From: a virus
Lineage: Duplodnaviria; Caudoviricetes
Reading direction: 5' to 3' (one strand)
DNA: 64,000 nucleotides
Virus record (IMG/VR): IMGVR_UViG_2872728642_000001
Coordinates: 1-64,000 of that record
Shown here piece by piece: positions 26,515 to 35,480 of this stretch. The stretch's first letter is position 1. Each line of letters opens with the position of its first letter. Under the pieces are notes generated by a model. That model was not told where the DNA came from, searched no databases, and saw only the letters and a list, made by a program, of their open reading frames with translations. The position numbers and the translations under genes were made by a program.

Positions 26515-26996
26515 AGGCCGTCCCCCGACTCGATCTCGCCGATCACCTCGGCCTCGACGATGCTGTCCGTGTCGGGGTCGGGGATGGCGTGCTTCTGCTG
26601 GATCTGGATCAGCAGGTTGCCCAGCAGCGACGCCATGTCGCCATCCGCGATGCCGTTGCGGTTGATCAGGTCCAGGCCCAGCAGAGTCGATCGCCGGTTG
26701 ATGCACTTCAGCGCCGTCTCGCAGGCCTGAACCTCGCCCTTGACTACCTTCGGCCACAGCGACGCCATGATGCGGTCGAGCCGGTCGATCTCCAGCTTGA
26801 GAAGCTGCTCGCTGGCCATCTGCTCCTGCTTGGCCGCCTTCTGCAGCGCCCGGTCGATGTCCTTCGACACCGAGGCCGCGCCCGAGTAGCCCAGCCGATC
26901 AGCGATGACCGTGGGAGACACCCCAGCGATCCGCATCTGCACGGCCTGGTAGCGCCGCTGGGAGATCTCGACCTGACGGGCCTTGCTGACGACCAT
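26511..26996 (-). CDS. terS: Terminase small subunit (HTH)
   Basis: N-terminal HTH (RIAGVSPTVIADRLGY), helical body, AGGAG RBS, coupled to terL. Confidence 0.7.
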   Translation of the reverse strand: MVVSKARQVEISQRRYQAVQMRIAGVSPTVIADRLGYSGAASVSKDIDRALQKAAKQEQMASEQLLKLEIDRLDRIMASLWPKVVKGEVQACETALKCINRRSTLLGLDLINRNGIADGDMASLLGNLLIQIQQKHAIPDPDTDSIVEAEVIGEIESGDGL

Positions 26997-27040
26997 GAGG
27001 GCAGCTCCTGATCTACTACGCTTCTCGGGTGCGGATGCGG

Positions 27041-27409
27041 ATGCTGACCGTCCGGCAGCCATGGGCGGCGTTGCTCGTCACGGGCATCAAGGACGTGGAG
27101 AACCGGAGCTGGGTCACGCCGTATCGGGGCAGGCTCCTGATCCATGCGGGCCTCAAGACCGACGCGGAAGGCTTCGAGCTGATGGAGGAGCTGGGCGTCG
27201 CCCTCGACGGGCCGCTGCTGCGCGGCGCGATCGTCGGGTCGGTGAACCTCGTCGAGATCCGCCAGGACAGCACCTCGCCATGGGCCCGCCCGGGAGAGAA
27301 TCACTGGCTGGTCACTGACGCGCGACCAGCGGTCACGCCGATGGCCGCTGTCGGCGCGCTCGGGCTACGGCCGGCTCCGGCCGGTTGGACGAAGGCTTTC
27401 GCGGCCTAG
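27041..27409 (+). CDS. ASCH-domain protein
   Basis: LTVRQPWA..L..GIKDVENR...YRGRLLIHA and GAIVGSV.L motifs. Alternative starts at 27029 and 27035. Confidence 0.85.
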   Translation: MLTVRQPWAALLVTGIKDVENRSWVTPYRGRLLIHAGLKTDAEGFELMEELGVALDGPLLRGAIVGSVNLVEIRQDSTSPWARPGENHWLVTDARPAVTPMAAVGALGLRPAPAGWTKAFAA

Positions 27410-28488
27410 CGCGGCGCCACGTACTCGAACGACACGACGCCGAGACGGCGCGGGTCGAGCGTCTGCGCGTGCATCCACTGGTGCTTGGAGCGGGTGCCGA
27501 GCTTCTTCTGGCCCTGGATCATCCGCCACCGCGGCGATCCGCTCCGGTAGGCGATCAGCGCCGGATGGCTGGACACCGATCGGTAGCGGAATCCCTGCTC
27601 GTACAGCCGCTGCCCCATCCACTCGGAGAATCGGACGCCGATACCGAGCCCCTGATAGTCCGGCAAGACCACCAACCGGTGCTCCATCTTCAGGTTCCGC
27701 GTCGCGGGGTGCTGGAAGTGGCGGTAAGCCAGGAACGCGACCGGCTCGCCGTCGATGAACCCGGCGAACTTCTTGCTGGAGCGGTGAAGCTCCGTGCTCA
27801 GATAGTGATGGCGTGCGAAGACGGGCCAGAGCTGCCCATCGACCGGCCGGATTTCGAGCCGGAGCACGGGCCGGGGTTGAACCGACCTCCACTCGAACGA
27901 GCCCGTCGAGACGTCCAGCACCCAATCCGGCTGCAGCCACTCCAGCACGTCGTAATGGCATGTCACCGCAACGAACTGGCGGTCGCTGCGCCGTACGGTC
28001 TTCTGGATCGTGTGGCTAGCGACCCGCGCGACCTGGCGGTCCACGACGCTCGTGAACTCGTCGATGACGACCAGTTCTCCCGACTCGGCCAGGGCCCGAG
28101 CGATCGTTGCCCGGAACGCTTCCCCGTTGGACAGGGTCCGGTACGGCCGGAGCCACGCCGGCGGGGAGGACAGGCCGACCGCGCCGAGGAGCGCCACGAT
28201 GTCCTTGATGGACATGTCCGCCGGGAAGTCGTCCACCAGCGACCGGTCATCGGACCAGGTGTGCGGGCTGACGATGTGGTCGGGCCACAGATGCCGCGCG
28301 ATACTGGTCTTCCCGGCTCCCGAGGGGCCGACGATCAGGCCGACGCTCCACGGCCGTTCCTCGATCGGCAGGTCCATCGCCCAGGAATTGCTCAGCCGCT
28401 CCTCCACGGGCACGTCGAACAGGCCCTGGATCTGGAGGACGCGGGCGGTCCGGTGGACCGGTGCCGACACGGTGATCTCGGCTCGCAC
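27406..28488 (-). CDS. ABC-type ATPase fused to a GNAT (Mom-like) acetyltransferase
   Basis: Walker A GPSGAGKT, signature LSNGE, Walker B IDEF, H-loop TCH; FARHHYL and HRLVVLPDYQGLGIG acetyl-CoA motif. Confidence 0.82.
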   Translation of the reverse strand: MRAEITVSAPVHRTARVLQIQGLFDVPVEERLSNSWAMDLPIEERPWSVGLIVGPSGAGKTSIARHLWPDHIVSPHTWSDDRSLVDDFPADMSIKDIVALLGAVGLSSPPAWLRPYRTLSNGEAFRATIARALAESGELVVIDEFTSVVDRQVARVASHTIQKTVRRSDRQFVAVTCHYDVLEWLQPDWVLDVSTGSFEWRSVQPRPVLRLEIRPVDGQLWPVFARHHYLSTELHRSSKKFAGFIDGEPVAFLAYRHFQHPATRNLKMEHRLVVLPDYQGLGIGVRFSEWMGQRLYEQGFRYRSVSSHPALIAYRSGSPRWRMIQGQKKLGTRSKHQWMHAQTLDPRRLGVVSFEYVAPR

Positions 28489-28522
28489 AGCACGACCTTC
28501 CAAGGGGTAGCGGGCGGCGGGG

Positions 28523-29164
28523 TTACATCAGGGCGCGGGCGCTCCAGCCCTGACCGGCGAGCTGGTTGAGGAGCTGCACCTGCTGCGCTTCGCTGTCGCA
28601 GGTGACCACCACGCCCCAGACGACGGGCCGCGTATGGGTCTCGGCGTCGCCCGGTTCGGGCAACTCCTCCTCGTCGTCGGTGCCAGCCTGGTCGGCGCGG
28701 CCACCGCCCGGAGCCGGAGCGCGGTCGGGGGAAAGCGCCACCGCGTTGTCGGCGGCGATGGCGTCGGCCAGGTCGTCGAGATCCTGCTCCGTCCAGCCGG
28801 TGCCGTCGAGGTCGTCGAGGCTGCGCAGCAGCTCGGCAAGGGCCTGGTCGTCGTACCCGCCGATCTCGGCGGTGCGGTTGTCGGCGAGGAGGATGCGCAG
28901 CGCGGCGGCGTCGTCCACGTCGAGGATCAGCGCGGGCACCTGGCCCAGACCCTTGGCCTTCGCGCCCCGCCAGCGGTGCTCACCGGCGATGATCCGCATC
29001 CGGGACTTCTGGACCAGGATCGTGCCGTAGAAGCCGTTCTTCTCGATCGACTTGGCGATCACGTCCACGTCGCCCTGGTGCGGGTTGTCCGGGTGCGGTT
29101 CGAGATCGGCGACCGGCACCATGCGGTAGGTCTGGGAAACGATGGCGGGCATGGACGCGCTCAC
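28523..29164 (-). CDS. ParB/Srx-domain protein
   Basis: DL.PHP.NP, SI...GF...ILV, IIAGEHRW.GA, ILLADNRTAE. Confidence 0.85.
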   Translation of the reverse strand: MSASMPAIVSQTYRMVPVADLEPHPDNPHQGDVDVIAKSIEKNGFYGTILVQKSRMRIIAGEHRWRGAKAKGLGQVPALILDVDDAAALRILLADNRTAEIGGYDDQALAELLRSLDDLDGTGWTEQDLDDLADAIAADNAVALSPDRAPAPGGGRADQAGTDDEEELPEPGDAETHTRPVVWGVVVTCDSEAQQVQLLNQLAGQGWSARALM

Positions 29165-30219
29165 CCGCCTTCCTCGGCCCGAGGCCGGTAGCCGTTCCGG
29201 GTCCGCATCTGCGACATCTTCGCGCCAAGCGCGATCAGCGCGGCGACCTGCCACGTGCCCTTCTCAACCACCTCGTCATCGACCTCGACGGACCACGAGT
29301 CGATCGAGCGGCCCTCCCGGTACGGGATGCCGGGGGTGGCCGTCCACTGCACCGACCAGGACAGGCGGTCGCGCCACCGCAGCCGCGGCCGGCCGAGTCG
29401 TTCCCGCTGAAGCTGCAGACGCACCTCGTGTTGATCGCCCTCGGGCATCCGCACGACGCCCACCTGCTCGTCGCCGACCGGCTCGTAGCTGTACCGCTTG
29501 GGCCCAAACAGGCGCTCCATCAGGTCGAAGCTGGCGTAACCCTGCTGCCACCACGGGGCGGCGCTGTCCCAGTATCCGCTGCGGCCCCAGAGAGCCCACC
29601 GGTACTGCCACTCGCCGATGGCCAGGCGGACCTCGCGCGACTCATATCCGGTCGGGTTGAGTCGGCGCTGCACCCACCTGCCGTATCCCTCGGTGTGCAC
29701 GTAGATGGCCAGCAGTCGGCCGAGCCGCAGGTGTGCGTCCAGCATGTGATCGCTGCCTGCGTTGCCGACCTCGAACCCGATCGAGAAGCCGGGAAGAGCT
29801 CGACTGCCGACGACGACCTGTCCACCGATGGCGCCCCGCGGGCTTTCCGGATACGGGCCGGGCTTGCCCTTGTCGGCATCGTGGACGGGCGCGGTGCGTA
29901 GTCCGAGCATCGCCATCCACGCGTCGGCCGCCAGTACCCGTGTGAGCGGGATCCACGGCCCGCTGTACGGGTCGCCCACCTGGTACTTCGCGGGGTCGAG
30001 CGACCCTTGCGGGCTGGGCCGGACTCCGCACCGGTCGCAGACGATCCAGCGGGCCGCGTGCAGGCCGGGCTCGCACGGGCCATAGCCGTCCACGACCGGC
30101 CGGTGGCCGCGCAGGCGGCAGATGAGCATGAGGCGGGGCAGGTCCGACAGCCACCACCCGCGATCGACGAGTGATTGGCTGTCGTCCTCTGCCTTGTAGT
30201 TGACGCTGTGCCAGCGCAC
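29161..30219 (-). CDS. Hypothetical protein (352 aa, Trp/Arg-rich)
   Basis: Long ORF with GTGA overlap onto parB. Confidence 0.6.
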   Translation of the reverse strand: MRWHSVNYKAEDDSQSLVDRGWWLSDLPRLMLICRLRGHRPVVDGYGPCEPGLHAARWIVCDRCGVRPSPQGSLDPAKYQVGDPYSGPWIPLTRVLAADAWMAMLGLRTAPVHDADKGKPGPYPESPRGAIGGQVVVGSRALPGFSIGFEVGNAGSDHMLDAHLRLGRLLAIYVHTEGYGRWVQRRLNPTGYESREVRLAIGEWQYRWALWGRSGYWDSAAPWWQQGYASFDLMERLFGPKRYSYEPVGDEQVGVVRMPEGDQHEVRLQLQRERLGRPRLRWRDRLSWSVQWTATPGIPYREGRSIDSWSVEVDDEVVEKGTWQVAALIALGAKMSQMRTRNGYRPRAEEGG

Positions 30220-30379
30220 GCCAGTGACCTCCGAGGGGTGAGAGGGGGAAACCCGGTCCCCGCCGGAAGCAGCGGGCCAGGACAGTGTTCTGTTACCTCA
30301 CAGGCGGTAACGCGCCTTCTACCAGACATGATTACGTAGTGGAGTCATTTGAATACACTTCGCTGCTAGCCGGAGGATC

Positions 30380-31084
30380 ATGGGTTTCCTGCGTCGGCCC
30401 TCACTTCTCATCACCGCCGCAATCATGAGCGCGATAACTTCCACGCCCGTCTACACGTCTCCCGCCCTCGCCAAGCCAGCCGCCGAACAGGCACCGCCAC
30501 CCCTGCTCCTGTGGGACGCGGTCACTGAACTGCCAGCAGCAACCGAGAGCCGCGACGGCTACAAACGCACCAGCTTCCACAAGACCCCATCGGCGCGCCT
30601 ATGGATCGACCTCGATCACGATGGCTGCGATACCCGCCGCGAGGTCCTCATCGCCGAGGCCGTCACCGCACCCGAGATCGGCCAGAAATGCACGCTCACC
30701 GGCGGCATCTGGCGCTCCTACTACGACGGCATCACCGTGGACAGCGCCGACAAACTCGACATCGACCACGTCGTCCCGCTGGCCGAAGCCTGGGACTCCG
30801 GCGCCTCGGCGTGGACCGTCGAACGGCGCGTCGCCTACGCCAATGACCTAAACGCCGAACACCACCTGGTGGCCGTCACCCAGCGCAGCAACCGGCAGAA
30901 GGCCGACCGGGACCCCGCCGAGTGGCTACCCCCGGACGAGCCGGTGCGCTGCCGGTACGTGGCCGAATGGACCGCGATCAAACGCCGCTGGCAGCTCACT
31001 GTGGACGACCGGGAGAAGGAGACCCTGGAGGCAATCGCCCGCGGCTGCCCCAATGTACCCCTGGACGAACAGCCCACCCCTTGA
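30380..31084 (+). CDS. Secreted HNH-type nuclease (DUF1524-like)
   Basis: Signal peptide (ALA-KP), CDTR.EVL, LDIDHVVPLAEAW.SGA, N..K.D.DP..WLP. Confidence 0.82.
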   Translation: MGFLRRPSLLITAAIMSAITSTPVYTSPALAKPAAEQAPPPLLLWDAVTELPAATESRDGYKRTSFHKTPSARLWIDLDHDGCDTRREVLIAEAVTAPEIGQKCTLTGGIWRSYYDGITVDSADKLDIDHVVPLAEAWDSGASAWTVERRVAYANDLNAEHHLVAVTQRSNRQKADRDPAEWLPPDEPVRCRYVAEWTAIKRRWQLTVDDREKETLEAIARGCPNVPLDEQPTP

Positions 31085-31208
31085 TCGCTTGCCATCTCGG
31101 CATCACAACCCCCGCCACCGGAGGAGCTGTCAGCCATCCGGCGATCGGGCCCCATCCTCCTCCGCCATCCGAGGCAGTACGCCTTCCCGAGGACCCATGG
31201 AGGTCATC

Positions 31209-31550
31209 ATGTCCCTTACTCGCCGCGTTCTGGCCAGCCTGACCAGCGCCGCAGCCCTCACCTTTGCTGCGGGAGTCGCGCAGCCCGCCGCCGCTGCAGT
31301 GCCCAGCCATCGATGCGCTCAGGGCTACGTCTGCTTCTGGACCGGAGACGGCTTCCAGGGAGAGGTGTTCTTCTACCAGCCCGTCTCCGACTGGTGCGAC
31401 GTCACTCCCACCCAGCCAGCCCGCACGATCTACAACAACACCAACAGGCCGTGGGCTTTCTACCGGGACACCCAATGCGGCGCGCTGGACGCCACCCTCG
31501 CGCCGGGCACGTGGAAGACCGGCCTGGAGTCCTACAGTTGGCGGTCGTAA
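31209..31550 (+). CDS. Secreted peptidase-inhibitor I36 / beta-gamma-crystallin-like protein
   Basis: Tat-like TRRVL signal, C..GYVCFW.G..FQG, SI.NN-like TIYNNT, FY.D..C.G; GGAGG RBS. Confidence 0.7.
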   Translation: MSLTRRVLASLTSAAALTFAAGVAQPAAAAVPSHRCAQGYVCFWTGDGFQGEVFFYQPVSDWCDVTPTQPARTIYNNTNRPWAFYRDTQCGALDATLAPGTWKTGLESYSWRS

Positions 31551-31558
31551 CGGACCCA

Positions 31559-31723
31559 TCACCAGACGCGCGTCAGCCGGTACTGTTCCACGTCCTCGGC
31601 GTGCCCCACCGAGTACCGGCAGCCGCCGCACAGCGCACGGTCGGTCCACGTGCCCAGGTTGACCGCGCCGCAGTGGTGCAGCCACGCCGTCTTGTCCAGT
31701 GCGCTCGTTCTCGACCTGGGCAC
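31559..31723 (-). CDS. Small Cys/His protein (54 aa, not in the ORF track)
   Basis: MPRSRTSALDKTAWLHHCGAVN...LCGGCRY; GGAGG RBS overlaps the recombinase stop. Confidence 0.55.
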   Translation of the reverse strand: MPRSRTSALDKTAWLHHCGAVNLGTWTDRALCGGCRYSVGHAEDVEQYRLTRVW

Positions 31724-31732
31724 GTGACCCTC

Positions 31733-32701
31733 CTACTCCAGTAGCGACGCCACCACCTGAGAGGCGTCCTTCTCCAGCCGATCCCGGCTGTGCAGATATA
31801 TCTCCGTCGTGGACACGTCGGCGTGGTTGAGGTCGAGCTGGATCTGCCGCATCGCCACGCCGGCCTCCTGCGCCAGCGACGCATAGGTGTGCCTGCACGA
31901 GTGCGGCCCCACCTTCGACGTGATGCCCGCCTGCATGGCGATGCGCCGCACCAGCTCGAACGCCTTCGACCTGCTCCAGCTCTGGCCGGTCGAGGTCGCG
32001 AACAGCGGACCCGTCAGGTCCTGCAGCTCGATCCCTTCGCGGCGCGCCCGCTCAGCGAGGTAGATGTCCAGCGTGTGCGTCGTCTCCACCGGCAGACGTC
32101 GGGTGATCGTGTCGCCGCCCTTCACCGTGATGCGCAGCGTCCGGTACCCGCGGGCGAACCCGAGGTCGTCGATCTGCGCGTTGATTGCCTCGGAGATGCG
32201 GATCCCGGTCTGCAGCAGCAGCCGGATCAGCGCCGCGGTGCGCAGCCGTTCCCGGCCGTGGTCGGCGTCGGCCGCCCGGAGGAAATCCTGCGCCTCTCCC
32301 TTGGTGAGCGCGACCGTCTCGGAGTGCTTGCGCGGGATCTTCGGCCGCCGCGTCTTCTTGAACCGGTTGGCGTCGAGGGCTTCGGTCTCGTGCAGGTACT
32401 CGTACCAGGACGACACCGACGACAGCACCTGAGCGACCGTCTTCGGCTTTGGCGGCCGGCGGGCCGTCTCCTGGTACCAGCGGGAGAACACGTCGCCGTG
32501 CGGCTTGCGTGCCTCCAGCGGGTCGAGGCCGGTCTCCGCGCAGAACTGGAACCAGCGCCGGATGTTCCGCTCGTACGCTTCGCGGGTGTGCGGCGAGTCA
32601 TACGACCACAGCCACGCCCGGGTCAGGTCGAGGATGATCGGCGGGAGGTCGAGCGGGAGCGCGAGGTCGCCGCGCGGCGCCTGGACCAGCTCGCCGGTCA
32701 T
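31733..32701 (-). CDS. Tyrosine recombinase (Xer/integrase family)
   Basis: TGIRISE (R), VKGG (K), PHSCRH (HxxR), LNH...TTEIY (H, Y); N-terminal SAM-like domain. Confidence 0.92.
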   Translation of the reverse strand: MTGELVQAPRGDLALPLDLPPIILDLTRAWLWSYDSPHTREAYERNIRRWFQFCAETGLDPLEARKPHGDVFSRWYQETARRPPKPKTVAQVLSSVSSWYEYLHETEALDANRFKKTRRPKIPRKHSETVALTKGEAQDFLRAADADHGRERLRTAALIRLLLQTGIRISEAINAQIDDLGFARGYRTLRITVKGGDTITRRLPVETTHTLDIYLAERARREGIELQDLTGPLFATSTGQSWSRSKAFELVRRIAMQAGITSKVGPHSCRHTYASLAQEAGVAMRQIQLDLNHADVSTTEIYLHSRDRLEKDASQVVASLLE

Positions 32702-32982
32702 CCCTCACCGCCGAAGTGCTCGCACGCCTCTTCGACGCTCGCGCGGATCGACAGCTTGGCGCATACCAGCGACAGGATCGCGTCGAGGTCGTCCGCCGTG
32801 TACTCGGGATGCTCGCGGGCCTGGCGGATCACCGCGCTGAGGACAGCCGCGGTGATGGACGCCGAGCGCAGGTCGATGCCCTCGTACTGGGCGATGATGT
32901 CGCTCAGCCGCTCGGAGGTGTGCTCGCGGCGGGCGTGCTCGGGCTCGTCCTGGCGGAAGAGGTCGGAGTAGTCGATGCTCAC
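32698..32982 (-). CDS. Hypothetical, coupled to the recombinase
   Basis: ATGA overlaps at both ends. Confidence 0.6.
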   Translation of the reverse strand: MSIDYSDLFRQDEPEHARREHTSERLSDIIAQYEGIDLRSASITAAVLSAVIRQAREHPEYTADDLDAILSLVCAKLSIRASVEEACEHFGGEG

Positions 32983-33218
32983 CGAGTACCGCCATGCGAG
33001 AGTTCGTCGAGGAGCGCCCGCAGAGTTGGGTTGCCGACGGCGAGCGCTTCCAGCTCGGGACGAGCGTGCGCGTACAGCTCGGGGAGGAGCGGGTCGCGGG
33101 ACTGCAGGGCGGCGGCGACTCCTTCGCCGGTCGCGTCGGGCCAGCGGAACCGGACACGAGCGATCAGGGTGTCGAACGCGGCGGCCGGGTGGAGCCGGTC
33201 ACTGCTGGGGTTGCTCAT
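32979..33218 (-). CDS. Hypothetical, first gene of the recombinase operon
   Basis: AAAGGTG RBS; ATGA overlap. Confidence 0.6.
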   Translation of the reverse strand: MSNPSSDRLHPAAAFDTLIARVRFRWPDATGEGVAAALQSRDPLLPELYAHARPELEALAVGNPTLRALLDELSHGGTR

Positions 33219-33269
33219 GAGAGCACCTTTCACGAGGGATGTGGATCACTCGTGACGGTACCACGCAGA

Positions 33270-33297
33270 GCGGAACATAACGTGAATTATGTTCCCA
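33270..33297. other. dif-like site-specific recombination site (11-6-11)
   Basis: GCGGAACATAA-CGTGAA-TTATGTTCCCA; 9-bp perfect inverted arms around a 6-bp spacer. Confidence 0.7.
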
Positions 33298-33433
33298 TCT
33301 CAGCGATCTTGGCCGCACCGTCAGACCGTAATGCGATCTCACCGAAGCCGGGACCCGTCCCGCCAGGAGCCACGAAGATAGGCGCATGGTCTTTTGGTTT
33401 GGGCATACCCGGAGTTGGCGTGGCGCTGCAGGA

Positions 33434-33808
33434 ATGAGCACCTGGCAGTTCGGCGTCCTCCACCTAGGGGCGGTCATCGGGTTGGGAGCGGCCACGGCCG
33501 AACTGCAACTGCAGCATGCACTCTGGTGGTCTGCCCTGTTGTATGCGGTGTTGGGCTGGCTGTCCGGCGGGAAAGTGGTCTCGGAGCTGAGATGGGTACG
33601 CCCTCTGCCCAAGTCGAGACGCACCCGGGCAGTAAAGCTCGTGCTCGCCATCCCTGCTGCCACGCTGGGTCTTTGGGTCAACCCGGTTACCTTCTTCAGC
33701 CGGACGTTGGGGGTCGTCGAGCTGCAATTCATGCTGTGGGGGCCGATCGCCCTCTTCGGGCTGTGCATTGCTGCGGCCAGTTGGTACTTCTTCCGGGACT
33801 TTCGGTAA
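33434..33808 (+). CDS. Small multi-pass membrane protein
   Basis: 124 aa with about 4 hydrophobic helices; opposite strand to its neighbours. Confidence 0.6.
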   Translation: MSTWQFGVLHLGAVIGLGAATAELQLQHALWWSALLYAVLGWLSGGKVVSELRWVRPLPKSRRTRAVKLVLAIPAATLGLWVNPVTFFSRTLGVVELQFMLWGPIALFGLCIAAASWYFFRDFR

Positions 33809-33836
33809 GGGCGGCCGACTGCCCCGATTAGCTAGA

Positions 33837-34058
33837 TCACTCGCTGACCGCCGCAAGCGCGCGGGCCAGCCTCTGCTTACCGCCCCGCGGCCGCAGCGGC
33901 GCCCCCGCCTCCTCCAGCAGCCGGTGAACGAACCCGTACGAGCGGCCCGTCGAGAGCGACAGCCCCCGGATCGACTCCCCGTCCAGGTACCGGCGCTTCA
34001 GCTCCGCCTTCAGCGTCTCGCGCTCGGCACCGGACACCCGCTGATACTTCCGAACCAT
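33837..34058 (-). CDS. Small actinobacterial HTH regulator
   Basis: LKRRY..GESIR.L...TGRSYGFVHRLL.EAG..LR.RGG. Confidence 0.8.
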   Translation of the reverse strand: MVRKYQRVSGAERETLKAELKRRYLDGESIRGLSLSTGRSYGFVHRLLEEAGAPLRPRGGKQRLARALAAVSE

Positions 34059-34083
34059 CACAGCCACCCCTGTCTGATTGCTC

Positions 34084-34353
34084 TCACGCAGCCGCCGCCA
34101 GCCGAACCCGCAACGCATCCCGGCCCTCCGGCGTCTCGGGCACTTCGTCGCCCCGCCAGATGCAGCCCTCGATCGTCGCCAAGTCGGCGAAGTCGTACAC
34201 GACCTCGCGGCCAACCCGGCCCAGCACCCGGACGCCATACCTGCGCGCCCACTGCCGGATCGTCACCGCCTCCCGGCCCAGCCGGACAGCAGCGGTCTTC
34301 GCCGTCGCAGGGGACACCAACACCCCCCGAACAGCGGAAAGCCCCCGAACCAT
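34084..34353 (-). CDS. MerR/Xis-like HTH protein
   Basis: AAVRLGR..VTIRQWARR...VVYDFADL; start uncertain. Confidence 0.55.
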   Translation of the reverse strand: MVRGLSAVRGVLVSPATAKTAAVRLGREAVTIRQWARRYGVRVLGRVGREVVYDFADLATIEGCIWRGDEVPETPEGRDALRVRLAAAA

Positions 34354-34530
34354 GATCGGTCCGAGGGCACAAGTCTCTCCGTCGCTTGGAAGTGTTACAC
34401 AGCCGCATCACCAGGCGCAAGCCGACAGCGGAACCGCAATCAGCGAGGATTGCGAGGGCCCCCCGCTGCAACAGGGAGCCCTCTTCCAACCTGGTCCTCA
34501 AAGGACATGGACAACACTAGCCCCCGAGGT

Positions 34531-35265
34531 TCAGCGCGCACCGCCAACACGCACACTCCCGCTACCTGCCTCCTCCTCAACCCGCCCCGACACCTCCCGC
34601 TCCGAAACGTGCGTCCCACACGACGCGCACACGTAGAAGCCTGCCTTCACGTCCCAGCGGAACGACCGCTCGCCACACCGGCACCGCGCCGGCGTCCACG
34701 CAGGCGGCTCATCCCCCACCATCCGTTCGAGCACCAGCCGCCACGACAAGACGAAGTCCACCAGGCCCACCAGGTCCTCACGAACGAGGACGCTCTCCAG
34801 CCGACCCGACTCCGACAGCCAACCCACCGCCCGCGACCGAGCAACCGCCGACCGGACCCCGCTCGGACGCGGCCCCGCCCGCAGCCACACCCGCGCCCGA
34901 TCCTCGAAGTCGAGCAGCCCGCCCGTCAGCTTCTCCAGCAGTTCCCCCACCGGCGACACCGCAGGCTTCGGCCTCGACCCCGACACCCTCGACCACTTCG
35001 ACGGCGGCCGGAACCCATCCGCCTCCCGAGCGAGCTGCGCAGCGAACCCATCCACCTCCAACAGCGCTGCCCGAACCGACGCCGTACACCGACCGCACAC
35101 CAGCGGAGCCCCCGGCCGCCAACGCAACTCCGGAACCTCCGGCTCGGCAGGCGGCTCACCGGCCTCGCCCTTCCTCACCCACTCGTCCACCAGGTCCGCA
35201 TGCTCATCGCGCGCCCGCTCGAAAGCAGCCCACGCCCGACGCTGACGCCCATTACACGGGCCCAT
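34531..35265 (-). CDS. Zn-finger-containing hypothetical (possible late activator)
   Basis: C..., CGRC, CRCG and CASC motifs; lies upstream of the packaging region. Confidence 0.55.
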   Translation of the reverse strand: MGPCNGRQRRAWAAFERARDEHADLVDEWVRKGEAGEPPAEPEVPELRWRPGAPLVCGRCTASVRAALLEVDGFAAQLAREADGFRPPSKWSRVSGSRPKPAVSPVGELLEKLTGGLLDFEDRARVWLRAGPRPSGVRSAVARSRAVGWLSESGRLESVLVREDLVGLVDFVLSWRLVLERMVGDEPPAWTPARCRCGERSFRWDVKAGFYVCASCGTHVSEREVSGRVEEEAGSGSVRVGGAR

Positions 35266-35480
35266 ACACGCGCCCCGAACCATCGACACCCCAGAAGCAA
35301 GACCAGACACGGCACCCCCGACCCCGAGACGAAAACGCCCACCAGGCTACAAGATCAAATTCTTTTCGCAGGCACCAAGCCGAATGCAGCACTGGCCGGC
35401 CCCGATCCGGGGTACCCCCAGGGGCATGCGAAAGCGCCGAACCGCGCGATGCGGTCCGGCGCTGGTCGGCGCGGTGCGCG

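Noticed and set aside
30348-30370. TTGAATACACTTCGCTGCTAGC resembles both the LexA-like box and the right half of the 21-bp motif
   Set aside because: Spacing is one base short for an SOS box and the left half does not match the motif.
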